This document shows, piece by piece, positions 37,083 to 48,072 of a stretch of 64,000 nucleotides of DNA; within the stretch, counting starts at the first letter, position 1, and each line of letters begins with the position of its first letter. A model generated the notes under the pieces. It was given only the letters and a program-made list of their open reading frames with translations. It did not search any database and was not told the DNA's origin. The translations under genes were made by a program, and so were the position numbers. The DNA lies in the NCBI GenBank assembly GCA_002269645.1, contig NIVC01001641.1:124001-188000 (forward strand). Reading direction: 5' to 3'. This DNA comes from Macrostomum lignano (lineage: Eukaryota).

Positions 37083-37869
37083 TTAAACTTTCTTGTTAAC
37101 TCACTAACACTCTCTGAGTCTACATAAAACGTATTCAGAGAAGATCCAAACCAACGAACTCTAATAATAGAAAGCCAGCTAAAAGCAGGTGAACCAAATG
37201 CGGTGCAATTTCATCATAGAATAAAAATCTGAAACTTCAAGCACTGCAACACGCCGCACCATTCAGAGCAGAGCTGCTCAAATGAACCCGCCATAGATAG
37301 TGTGGGAAAGACACAAGCCCGAGGCACAAGATAAGATGAGCCATAAAGCTCGAGAGTGAGGAGGCGGCCTTACATCTTGTCTAAGCCGGCAACTGTTCTC
37401 TTCTTCATCATTCTGAGCACTCTCTTTGCCTCTCTGTCTGTTGAGCCTTGTTGTTTTGCGAGTATTCAGGGGGAAGCTGCTGTCTACAGTTCGAGAGCCG
37501 CTCCGACAGAAGCAGACAGTCTCATTGTCCTCCCTGCCAACAGCGAAATGGCGCTGCAGGGTAGCTCTGTGCCCGGCCGGGCAGATCGGTCCGTGAGTCA
37601 TGGAGAGTCTCAGTGGGTCTCTATTAAAATTATCTGCCCTGTAGCAATCTACCTATCTGTCCTAATGCTCTCAAAGTGCAATTTAACCACGTGTTTTATT
37701 GGGCGGGGGTTGTTGAGGTGGTTTTACAGCCTGCTTTTGTATCAATAGTTGAGCAGTTCGAAATGCAAAATCTCTGCTTGGTTGGGGTGGGTTTTAGTTG
37801 TAGAATTTGTAGCAGATGAAGAGTTTTAAAAATGCTGCTTGTCCTTCTAGTGAGCCTGAAGCATTTTTA

Positions 37870-38848
37870 GACTGAGTTTTTTACCTGTTGGAGTGGGTTT
37901 TTACCTGTTGAACTGGGTTTTTTACCTGTTGGACTGGGTTTTTACCTGTTGAACTGGGTTTTTTACCTGTTGGACTGGGTTTTTAACTGTTGGACTGGGT
38001 TTTTACCTGTTGGACTGGGTTTTTTACCTGTTGGACTGGGTTTTTTACCTGATGGACTGGGTTTTTTACCTGATGGAGTGGGTTTTTTACCTGATGGAGT
38101 GGGTTTTTTACCTGATGGAGTGGGTTTTTTACCTGATGGAGTGGGTTTTTACCTATTGGACTGGGTTTTTACCTGTTGGATAGGGTTTTTTACCTGATGG
38201 ACTGGGTTTTTACCTGTTGGAGTGGGTTTTTACCTGTTGGAGTGGGTTTTTACCTGTTGAACTGGGTTTTTTACCTGTTGGACTGGGTTTTTAACTGTTG
38301 GACTGGGTTTTTACCTGTTGGACTGGGTTTTTTACCTGTTGGACTGGGTTTTTTACCTGATGGACTGGGTTTTTTACCTGATGGACTGGGTTTTTACCTG
38401 TTGGATAGGGTTTTTTACCTGATGGACTGGGTTTTTACCTGTTGGAGTGGGTTTTTACCTGTTGGAGTGGGTTTTTACCTGTTGAACTGGGTTTTTTACC
38501 TGATGGAGTGGGTTTTTACCTGTTGGAGTGGGTTTTTAACTGTTGGACTGCGTTTTTACCTGTTGGACTGGGTTTTTTACCTGATGGAGTGGGTTTTTAC
38601 CTGTTGGACTGGGTTTTTTACCTGATGGAGTGGGTTTTTACCTATTGGACTGGGTTTTTACCTGATGGAGTGGGTTTTTACCTGTTGGATAGGGTTTTTT
38701 ACCTGATAGACTGGGGTTTTACCTGATGGAGTGGGTTTTTACCTGTTGGACTGGGTTTTTACCTGTTGGATAGGGTTTTTTACCTGTTGGACTGGGTTTT
38801 TACCTGTTGGACAGGGTTTTAACTGTTACACAGAGTTTTACCTGTTAG
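37870..38848. repeat. 21-22-bp minisatellite (TTTTTACCTGTTGGACTGGGT), RBM intron 2
   Basis: Tandem units with a variable T-run. Confidence 0.95.
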
Positions 38849-38969
38849 ACAGGGTTGCAACGTGTTGAATTAGAACAAGGTTGTAGTGCTTCATTAACAA
38901 GAAACGCACGTTAATTACGAATTTAACAATATAATTGCATCCTTGAACTGCTTCGCCTGTCAATTCCAG

Positions 38970-39027
38970 CGCACCTACAGGCCCTGGCACTGGCGAGGAT
39001 GCAGCAGAGCGTGCCGAATCCTGCGGG
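38970..39027 (+). CDS. RBM24: RBM24/38 exon 3 (58 nt)
   Basis: attccag|CG acceptor and GG|GTGAGT donor; AHLQALALARMQQSVPNPAG; bridges the phase 1 end of exon 2 to the phase 2 start of exon 4. Confidence 0.72.
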
Positions 39028-39175
39028 GTGAGTGAGGGGCCGCTACGCTGGGTGCAGATTCCAGCAGTCCCAGCTGTACTCATCTCTGTGCTTGAGACCA
39101 ACTCTACATGTGTACTCACCACATCAGGACTAATCCTCCTCTGACCTGATCCTCCGTCACTTCGAACTAATTTTA

Positions 39176-39945
39176 TACCCTCCCTGACCCTCTCCTACCC
39201 TCCCTGACCCTCTCCCACCCTCCCTGACCCACTCCTACCCTCCCCGACCCTCTCCTACCCTCCCTGACCCTCTCCTACCCTCCCTGACCCTCTCCTACCC
39301 TCCCTGACCCTCTCCTACCCTCCCTGACCCTCTCCTACCCTCCCTGACCCTCTCCTACCCTCCCTGACCCTCTCCTACCCTCCTTGATGCAATATGCAAC
39401 CAAATCAGTTCTGAAAACCGATTCTTAGGTTAACAACTCTCTCCTACCCTCCCTGACCCTCTATTACCCTCCCTGAGCCTCTATTACCCTCCCTGACCCT
39501 CTCCTACCCTCCCTGACCCTCTCCTACCCTCCCTGACCCTCTCCTACCCTCCCTGACCCTCTCCTACCCTCCCTGACCCTCTCCTACCCTCCCTGACCCT
39601 CTCCTACCCTCCCTGATGCAATATGCAACCAAATCAGTTCTGAAAACCGATTCTTAGGTTAACAACTCTCTCCTACCCTCCCTGACCCTCTATTACCCTC
39701 CCTGAGCCTCTATTACCCTCCCTGAGCCTCTATTACCCTCCCTGACCCTCGATCATACCCTCCCTGACCCTTGATCATACCCTCCCTGACCCTCGATAAT
39801 ACACTCATTGACCCTCTCCTACCCTCCCTGATTCTCTCCTACTCTCCTACCCTCCTTGACCCTCTCCTACCCTCCCTGACCCTCTCCTACCCTCCCTGAT
39901 CTTCTCCTACCCCTCTGATCCTCCCCTACTGTCTCTGATTTACTC
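39176..39945. repeat. 20-bp minisatellite (CCCTCCCTGACCCTCTCCTA) with a 229-bp internal duplication, RBM intron 3
   Basis: The unique insert gatgcaatatgcaaccaaatcag... occurs at 39386 and 39615. Confidence 0.93.
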
Positions 39946-40439
39946 TATCTTTCTACGCCAGCAACTTGTTATGTTTACAAAATGACAAATAATTATTCAA
40001 TCACAGTCGAAGCCGATAGCACATAATTGCTGGCCAATGCCACCAATACCAACACAAGCTGTAAGCTCGTTAAAAAAGCATTGAAGTGCGTGCAGTGCGT
40101 TCGTAGCTGATGAAATTTGTCAGCCCACTTTTTAAACATCGAAACGTGAAAGGACAATTGATTAAATTCCACTCTTTTGCGCTTGCAGTTTAGTCCTGTT
40201 TGAAGTACAGAGTGTCGCCTAATTCTTAAACGTTATCATTTTTACTTTATAAATTCACTCCTTGTCGGTGGCGGGTTGCACTTAGCATGGCAGTTTAACA
40301 TGGGGTCACAGGGTGAATGACGGATATTGGCAGCCTGTATTTTATTTCCGAGTCTGATTGGAGATCTGCAATTAATGTAGAGAGATGGAGCTAAAGATGG
40401 AGGGGAGACTGAGGAAGAGGAGGAAGACAAGGAGAAGAT

Positions 40440-41325
40440 TAAGATAGGGAGAGACGGGAGAGTTTAGAGAGAGGAGAGAAGGGAAAGAGGGTAGAGAGGG
40501 GGGGAGTGTAGAGAGACTGAGTGGGGTAGAGATGGAGAGAGAGGGGATGAGAGGCAGAGAGAGACTAGAGAGGGGGAGAGAGGGTAGAGAGGGGGAGAGA
40601 GGGTAGAGAGGGGGAGAGAGGGTAGAGAGGGGGAGAGAGGGTAGAGAGGGGGAGAGAGGGTAGAGAAGGGGAGAGAGGGTAGAGAGGGGGCGAGAGGGTA
40701 GAGAGGGGGAGAGAGAGGGGAAGAGAGGGGGAGAGAGAGTAGAGAAGGGGAGAGAGGGTAGAGAAGGGGAGAGAGGGTAGAGAGGGGAGAGAAGGGTAGA
40801 GAGTGGGAGAGAGGGTAGAGAGGGGGAGAGAGGGGAAGAGAGTGGGAGAGAAGGGTAGAGAAGGGGAGAGAGGGTAGAGAGGGGGAGAGAGGGTAGAGAA
40901 GGGGAGAGAGGGTAGAGAGGGGGAGAGAGGGTAGAGAGGGGGAGAGAGGGGAAGAGAGTGGGAGAGAGGGTAGAGAAGGGGAGAGAGGGTAGAGAGGGGG
41001 CGAGAGGGTAGAGAGGGGGAGAGAGGGTAGAGAGGGGGAGAGAGGGGAAGAGAGTGGGAGAGAAGGGTAGAGAAGGGGAGAGAGGGTAGAGAGGGGGAGA
41101 GAGGGTAGAGAGGGTAGAGAGGGGGAGAGAGGGTAGAGAAGGGGAGAGAGGGTAGAGAGGGGGAGAGAGGGTAGAGAAGGGGAGAGAGGGTAGAGAGGGG
41201 GCGAGAGGGTAGAGAGGGGGAGAGAAGGGTAGAGAGTGGGAGAGAGGGTAGAGAAGGGGAGAGAGTGTAGAGAGGGGGCGAGAGGGTAGAGAGGGGGAGA
41301 GAGGGTAGAGAGGGGGCGAGAGGGA
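40440..41325. repeat. 20-bp polypurine minisatellite (GGGGGAGAGAGGGTAGAGAG), RBM intron 3
   Basis: Almost pure G/A with one T per unit. Confidence 0.95.
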
Positions 41326-41744
41326 ATGAGTATCGGGCAGATTAAGGAAACATGAATCAAGGAAGGGTGGTTCGAGTCAGCGGCGGGCCACTTTTCTGTG
41401 TGATTCTGTTTTGCTGTTGCTGTTCACACCATGGCAGAGGCAGGAAGCTCTCATTTTGTGAACCCGAGGGACCCGGACTCCAGTGCGAACTTCCTCAGCA
41501 TTTTTGTGCCGTGCGGGTGTCCTATCATTACATGTACTTTTCCAACTGTTACTGTGTCCCAAACCATCGCTTCAATAGTAATTATAAGTGTGCGCGTGTT
41601 TGTGTTGCCGTGAAAATATTTTGCTGTAGTCACGTGACTTTCCTTCACTATTGAACCTCAGCGGTGGTCTTGGGTGTAGCGAGACTTGCTCTGAAATTCT
41701 GGTCCCGACGATGAGAGGAGGGCATCAAGGGTGAGAGAAAAGAT

Positions 41745-41985
41745 GAAGCTGAGATGAGGGACAGAGCCTGAGATGAAGGACAGAAGCTGAGATGAGGGAC
41801 AGAAGCTGAGATGAGGGACAAAGCCTGAGATGAGGGACAGAAGCTGAGATGAGGGACAGAGCCTGAGATGAAGGACAGAAGCTGAGATGAGGGACAGTAG
41901 CTGAGATGAGGGACAGAAGCTGAGATGAAAAACAGAAGCTGGGATGAAGGAAAGAGGCTGAGATGAAGGAAAGAGATGAGATGTT
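41745..41985. repeat. 19-bp minisatellite (GCTGAGATGAGGGACAGAA), RBM intron 3
   Basis: Tandem units. Confidence 0.9.
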
Positions 41986-42602
41986 TAAGATGCAACCTAG
42001 AGTTCCTGAACTCTTAGACTAGCAAAGTTTTAAGACTGTGGAATCTGCAGCCGCTTCCCAATGTAGCGGAGATTAAGGATTTGATGGAGATCGAGGGGCA
42101 GCTGGCCTGTGCTGAAGAGTTTTTGGTTGAACCGCTTTCTAGACAGACAGACAGACAGGCAGACAGGAGGAATGGACCCAGGATCGGGGCTGAAGATCCT
42201 GCAGAACTGATGACTCATGTTGGTTCCCCCGCCGAACATGCCACTTCCATACCAGGCTGGTCAGTCTTACAGTCATATATTTTACTGCCCCTATTCCGGG
42301 AAAAAGGTCTGCCTATCATCTAGAAATTGTCTGCTTCTGCGGTTCAACTGCGGCCTTCTTCAGCCCCCCCCCCCCCACTGCCCGGGTGGCCCGGCTGCGC
42401 CTTTTACCTTCGCAGGATAAATGGAATAAGTTAGCCGAAAGTGCGAATATAAGGAGCTGGGGCGGGCAACTTCTAATGGATGACGGATGCAATTGCGCGC
42501 AGAAGGGATTGGGGAATGATAGGCAGGCTGGCTTGTGGGCGCTGACCTTGCCTGCGCTGGCGGGCGATAGCGGTGCAAGAAGGGATAGTAAATAATTAGT
42601 AA

Positions 42603-42887
42603 TGACGTCATTGAACTGCTTGCCTATGAGGGCACGGTGCTTTTAGATTGAGACATAATCTAGCAGTTAGACTATGACGTCATCATCCAGTTAAACAATG
42701 TCGTCATCATCTAGCAGCTAGACTATGACGTCATCATCTAGCATTTTGACGATGATGTAATTTACCTTGTTAGATAATGACGTCATCTAGCAGTTGGACG
42801 ATGACGTCATTTTCCCATCGCTATTTGACAATTAAGTTATTTAGTAGTGAGAGAATGACTTCATCTAGATGCAAGACTGTGACGTCA
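42603..42887. promoter_or_regulatory. Cluster of six perfect CRE palindromes (TGACGTCA) in a degenerate tandem repeat
   Basis: TGACGTCA at 42603, 42675, 42726, 42778, 42802 and 42880. Function is inferred only. Confidence 0.45.
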
Positions 42888-43065
42888 TCTGTCATATAAG
42901 ACTGTGATGTATTCGAACTGGAAGATTAAGAACTCATCTTACGGCTACATTGCGACGTGCTGTACATTTGATAGAATGGCGTCCAGTGACACATAATTCC
43001 TACTTTCAAGTAGTATGGCGAGTTAGCGAGCGATTCGACCTGATTTCACTCCCTGATTTTTACAG

Positions 43066-43243
43066 CCTGCAGCAGATGGCCTCAGCCTACGGCTACCAGC
43101 AGCAAGCGGTAATGTCGCCGGCCAGCCTCATGGCTTTGTCGGCGGCGCCGCAGCTGGCTGGGGGCGCCGGCAATTCGTCCGCTACCGCCACGGCCAGCTT
43201 CCTGGCAGACTACGCCGCCACCGTGGCAGCCGCTCAGCAGTTT

Positions 43244-43276
<33 letters not shown>

Positions 43277-43321
43277 TTATACTCTGGTCTGTCCGACTCT
43301 GCCATGCTGCAGCTCGCTCAG
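43066..43321 (+). CDS. RBM24: RBM24/38 exon 4 (Ala/Gln-rich, poly-Q)
   Basis: tttttacag|C acceptor and CAG|GTGGGT donor; FLADYAATVAAA resembles the RBM24 DY..AAY block. Confidence 0.82.
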
Positions 43322-43581
43322 GTGGGTGACTGGGACAGCGGGCTGGATGCGGTCTGGGGTTCGAGTCACAGAGAAATATTTTCAGCTTACCTCTACCTTT
43401 TTAGAATCTCACCCATCTCACAGGTCTTTATAGCATCTATCTCGCTAGAATCCCACGGCTCTCAACGCAATCTCACCCTTTATCTAATTGGAATATCACC
43501 ATTTATGTTTATGTATGTCTCACCCTTACAGGTACAGCATCTCACTAATGTTTCTCACAGATCTCACCCGTCCCCCATCAG

Positions 43582-43791
43582 GCCTCCTACCTGCCCCAGT
43601 ACTACGCCGCTGCCTCGATGCAGAGCGGCGGCGGCACTGGCGGCCTGCAGAGTCTGGCCGGCGGCGGCGCCTCCACGGTCAGCGTGGCCGGTCAGGGCTC
43701 AGCCTCCTCTGCGGCTGCGGCGGCTGCGGCTGCGGCAGCTGCCGTACAAAACGGCTTCCTACTGACCGGAGCCCAGGAGCGGGCGCAGTAG
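43582..43791 (+). CDS. RBM24: RBM24/38 terminal exon 5
   Basis: ccccatcag|GCC acceptor; ASYLPQYYAAAS...poly-Ala...QERAQ*, resembling the family's DRMQ* ending; 210 nt. Confidence 0.85.
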   Translation, partial: ASYLPQYYAAASMQSGGGTGGLQSLAGGGASTVSVAGQGSASSAAAAAAAAAAAVQNGFLLTGAQERAQ

Positions 43792-43917
43792 CCGCTGGGT
43801 GCTGCCACGGCCGGCCCAGAAAGCCTAAAGTTCATTTTGCAGATTGCATAAGGCTGCTGGGGCAGTCTTCATCGGGTTCAGCTGACTTATTAACTAACTC
43901 GTGTGTACTTTTGTATT

Positions 43918-44657
43918 GATCCTTCAGCGGGTGCCGCTACCCTCTCTGATCCTTCAGCGGGTGCCGCTATCCTCCCTGATCCTTCAGCGGGTGCCGCTAC
44001 CCTCTCTGATCCTTCAGCGGGTGCCGCTATCCTCCCTGATCCTTCAGCGGGTGCCGCTACCCTCTCTGATCCTTCAGCGGGTGCCGCTACCCTCTCTGAT
44101 CCTTCAGCGGGTGCCGCTATCCTCCCTGATCCTTCAGCGGGTGCCGCTACCCTCTCTAATCCTTCAGCGGGTGCCGCTACCCTCTCTGATCCTTCAGCGG
44201 GTGCCGCTACCCTCTCTGATCCTTCAGCGGCTGCCGCTACCCTCTCTGATCCTTCAGCGGGTGCCGCTACCCTCCCTGATCCTTCAGCGGGTGCCGCTAT
44301 CCTCCCTGATTCTTCAGCGGCTGCCGCTACCCTCACTGATCCTTCAGCGGGTGCCGCTACCCTCTCTGATCCTTCAGCGGGTGCCGCTATCCTCCCTGAT
44401 CCTTCAGCGGGTGCCGCTACCCTCTCTAATCCTTCAGCGGGTGCCGCTACCCTCTCTGATCCTTCAGCGGGTGCCGCTACCCTCTCTGATCCTTCAGCGG
44501 CTGCCGCTACCCTCCCTGATCCTTCAGCGGGTGCCGCTACCCTCCCTGATCCTTCAGCGGGTGCCGCTATCCTCCCTGATTCTTCAGCGGCTGCCGCTAC
44601 CCTCCCTGATCCTTCAGCGGGTGCCGCTACCCTCCCTGATCCTTCAGCGGGTGCCGC
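43918..44657. repeat. 30-bp minisatellite (GATCCTTCAGCGGGTGCCGCTACCCTCTCT), about 25 copies, 3' of the RBM stop
   Basis: Exact 30-bp period. Confidence 0.97.
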
Positions 44658-44754
44658 GTACGCATGTAATTATAGAAAATCGTCTTAAAATTAAACTCGG
44701 AGATACGATACTACTAATCACAGTAGTCCAGTTTGCATCTGTTTGTGTAGATAA

Positions 44755-44760
44755 AATAAA
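44755..44760 (+). terminator. Candidate RBM24/38 polyadenylation signal
   Basis: First AATAAA after the stop codon; ATTAAA also at 44690. Confidence 0.4.
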
Positions 44761-45136
44761 AAATGTAGTTCAATTATGACCAGCACTCAATTGTTCGGAT
44801 CACGCTAGACAAGAATTACTACTAAGCACACAGTAGTGTGAATCCCTAATGCTCGTTATCTGCTAAATTATTTATGAAAAAAATTTTACTTTTGTATTTG
44901 ATGTAACTTTTATTCTCGAAATTGCCATTTTCGCTGATCGAACACGCGTCTTGCTGCTAACTACAGCTGCTCACAAGTAGCATGCGCAAATTTTTTTCTC
45001 ATTTTTAGACCCGCGTAGGAATGGACAGTTTTTTAATTTATAATAAATTGATGGCTGCTTTATACAGAAACTTGTCACCCCGCTCGTTTCTTCATGTATT
45101 GAAATTGAAATTGAAAACTCCTACTGAATATGGAAC

Positions 45137-45962
45137 CTGTCTCTCCGCTCCCTGATCAGTCCCTGAGTCTGTCTCTCCGCTCCCTGATCAGTCCCTGAGT
45201 CTGTCTCTCCGCTCCCTGATCAGTCCCTGAGTCTGTCTCTCCGCTCCCTGATCAGTCCCTGAGTCTGCAGCTCCGTTTCCCTGATCAGTCCCTGAATCTG
45301 CAGCTCCACTTCCCTGATCAGTCCCAGAGTCTGCAGCTCCGCTTCCCTGATCAGTCCCTGAGTCTGCAGCTCCGCTTCCCTGATCAGTCCCTGAGTCTGC
45401 CTCTCAGCTCCCTGATCAGTCCCTGAAATTGCCTCTCCGCTTCCCTGATCAGTCCCTGAAGCTGCCTCTCCGCTTCCCTGATCAGTCCCTGAGTCTGCAG
45501 CTCCGCTTCCCTGATCAGTCCCTGAATCTGCCTCTCCGCTCCCTGATCAGTCCCTGAGTCTGCCTCTCAGCTCCCTGATCAGTCCCTGAAGCTGCCTCTC
45601 CGCTTCCCTGATCAGTCCCTGAAGCTGCAGCTCCGCTCCCTGATCAGTCCCTGAGTCTGCCTCTCAGCTCCCTGATCAGTCCCTGAGTCTGTCTCTCCGC
45701 TCCCTGATCAGTCCCTGAGTCTGTCTCTCCGCTCCCTGATCAGTCCCTGAGTCTGTCTCTCCGCTCCCTGATCAGTCCCTGAGTCTGTCTCTCCGCTCCC
45801 TGATCAGTCCCTGAGTCTGCAGCTCCGCTTCCCTGATCAGTCCCTGAATCTGCAGCTCCACTTCCCTGATCAGTCCCTGAGTCTGCAGCTCCGCTTCCCT
45901 GATCAGTCCCTGAGTCTGCAGCTCCGCTTCCCTGATCAGTCCCTGAGTCTGCAGCTCCGCTC
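45137..45962. repeat. 32-33-bp minisatellite with a CTGATCAG palindrome core
   Basis: ctctccgc recurs at 45141 and 45173. Confidence 0.95.
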
Positions 45963-46495
45963 CCTTAGGCTCCCACCTTAGTTAAAAGAAGCGAGCTGAC
46001 GGAAAGCTATTGAACACAATTATGCAATAATCAAGGTCACAAGGGTACAGTTTATTTTAACAAAAAAATCAAAGTACCCGAGAACGCGCGCCGGTGCTTA
46101 GCAGATCAGCTTCCAAACAGTTGGAATCAAGGAACTTTCAAGTAATTATTAACAATTAATTAACATCAGGTTTTTAAAACACAGGATTTGAGACAAGAAT
46201 GAACAGAGAATTATTATTAATCAAACAGAATGAGTCAAGAATTTAAAACCGACACAGCATCATGTTTTTACATTGGATGAAGCAAAAGTTAGGAAATGAA
46301 CTCTGTTGATTTCTGTGCTATTGTTGTTATATTGGAAAATTAATATAAAAATATAAAAAACAGGTTAGCAACGACAGTTAACATCAGGAAGTAAATTTAA
46401 TAGCGGCCAGCAACTGGAAAATTTACACAGAAATTCTCTGGGAAAAGTTCAAATAAACTTATCAGAAAATTGCAGACAAACAGATTGGACAAGTT

Positions 46496-47885
46496 GAGAT
46501 TAGAGGGCGTTTGTTGCAGAGATTTGAAGGCGATTCTTGAGGAGATTGGAGGGTGATTCTTGCAGAGATTGGAGGGTGATTCTTGAGGAGATTGGAGGGC
46601 GATTCTTGAGGAGATTGGAGGGTGATTCTTGCAGAGATTGGAGGGCGATTCTTGCAGAGATTGGAGGGCGATTTTTGAGGAGATTGGAGGGTGATTTTTG
46701 AGGAGATTGGAGGGCGATTCTTGAGGAGATTGGAGGGTGATTCTTGCAGAGATTGGAGGGCGATTCTTGCAGAGATTGGAGGGCGATTTTTGAGGAGATT
46801 GGAAGGCTATTCCTGCAGAGATTGGAGGGCGATTCTTGCAGAGATTTGTAGGGCTATTCCTGCAGAGATTGGAGGGCGATTCCTGCAGAGGTTGGAGGGC
46901 GATTCCTGCAGAGATTGGAGGGCGATTCCTGCAGAGATTGGAGGGCGATTCCTGCAGAGATTGGAGGGCGATTCCTGCAGAGATTTGTAGGGCTATTCCT
47001 GCAGAGATTGGAGGGCGATTCCTGCAGAGATTTGTAGGGCTATTCCTGCAGAGATTGGAGGGCGATTCTTGCAGAGATTTGTAGGGCTATTCCTGCAGAG
47101 ATTGGAGGGCGATTCCTGCAGAGGTTGGAGGGCGATTCCTGCAGAGATTGGAGGGCGATTCCTGCAGAGATTGGAGGGCGATTCCTGCAGAGATTGGAGG
47201 GCGATTCCTGCAGAGATTTGTAGGGCTATTCCTGCAGAGATTGGAGGGCGATTCCTGCAGAGATTTGTAGGGCTATTCCTGCAGAGATTGGAGGGCGATT
47301 CTTGCAGAGATTTGTAGGGCTATTCCTGCAGAGATTGGAGGGCGATTCCTGCAGAGGTTGGAGGGCGATTCCTGCAGAGGTTGGAGGGCGATTCCTGCAG
47401 AGATTGGAGGGCGATTCCTGCAGAGATTGGAGGGCGATTCCTGCAGAGATTGGAGGGCGATTCCTGCAGAGATTTGTAGGGCCATTCCTGCAGAGATTGG
47501 AGGGCGATTCCTGCAGAGATTTGTAGGGCTATTCCTGCAGAGATTGGAGGGCGATTCTTGCAGAGATTTGTAGGGCTATTCCTGCAGAGATTGGAGGGCG
47601 ATTCCTGCAGAGGTTGGAGGGCGATTCCTGCAGAGATTTGAGGGCGATTCCTGCAGAGATTGGAGGGCGATTCCTGCAGAGATTGGAGGGCGATTCCTGC
47701 AGAGATTTGTAGGGCTATTCCTGCAGAGATTGGAGGGCGATTCCTGCAGAGATTTGTAGGGCGATTCCTGCAGAGATTGGAGGGTGATTCTTGAGGAGAT
47801 TAGAGGGCGATTTTTGAGGAGATTTGAGGGCGATTCTTGTAGAGATTGGAGGGCGATTCTTGTAGAGATTGGAGGGCGATTTTTG
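46496..47885. repeat. 24-bp minisatellite (GCGATTCCTGCAGAGATTGGAGGG)
   Basis: About 58 copies with two alternating variants. Confidence 0.96.
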
Positions 47886-48072
47886 CGGAGATAAATTGCG
47901 CTGTTTCAAAGACAGGTGACTCTGAAGTCGTTAAACAGTAAAAACTACTCAATGCAAAAAGACAGCAAACTGTGGATTCAAATTTGTGACACCCCAGAAC
48001 ACACGAACTTGACTTGTACAAGCAGAAACTAATAAAAGTACAAAAATCGGTCTCAGAAGTCTCATTCTACAA

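Noticed and set aside
40100-40150. CTGATGA hammerhead-ribozyme core (also at about 59730)
   Set aside because: No stem II followed by GAAA with the required pairing.
42040-42140. Exon-like segment ctgcag|CCGCTTCCC… (PLPNVAEIKDLMEIEG…) in RBM intron 3
   Set aside because: Its phase does not fit (in the phase required after exon 3 it hits TAG within five codons) and there is no good donor. It could be a poison exon, but this is unsupported.
43890-44779. 261-292-aa ORFs (DPSAGAATLS repeats) resembling a mucin or antifreeze protein
   Set aside because: Lies after the RBM stop at 43791, open in three frames because of the 30-bp unit, and has no credible start or acceptor.
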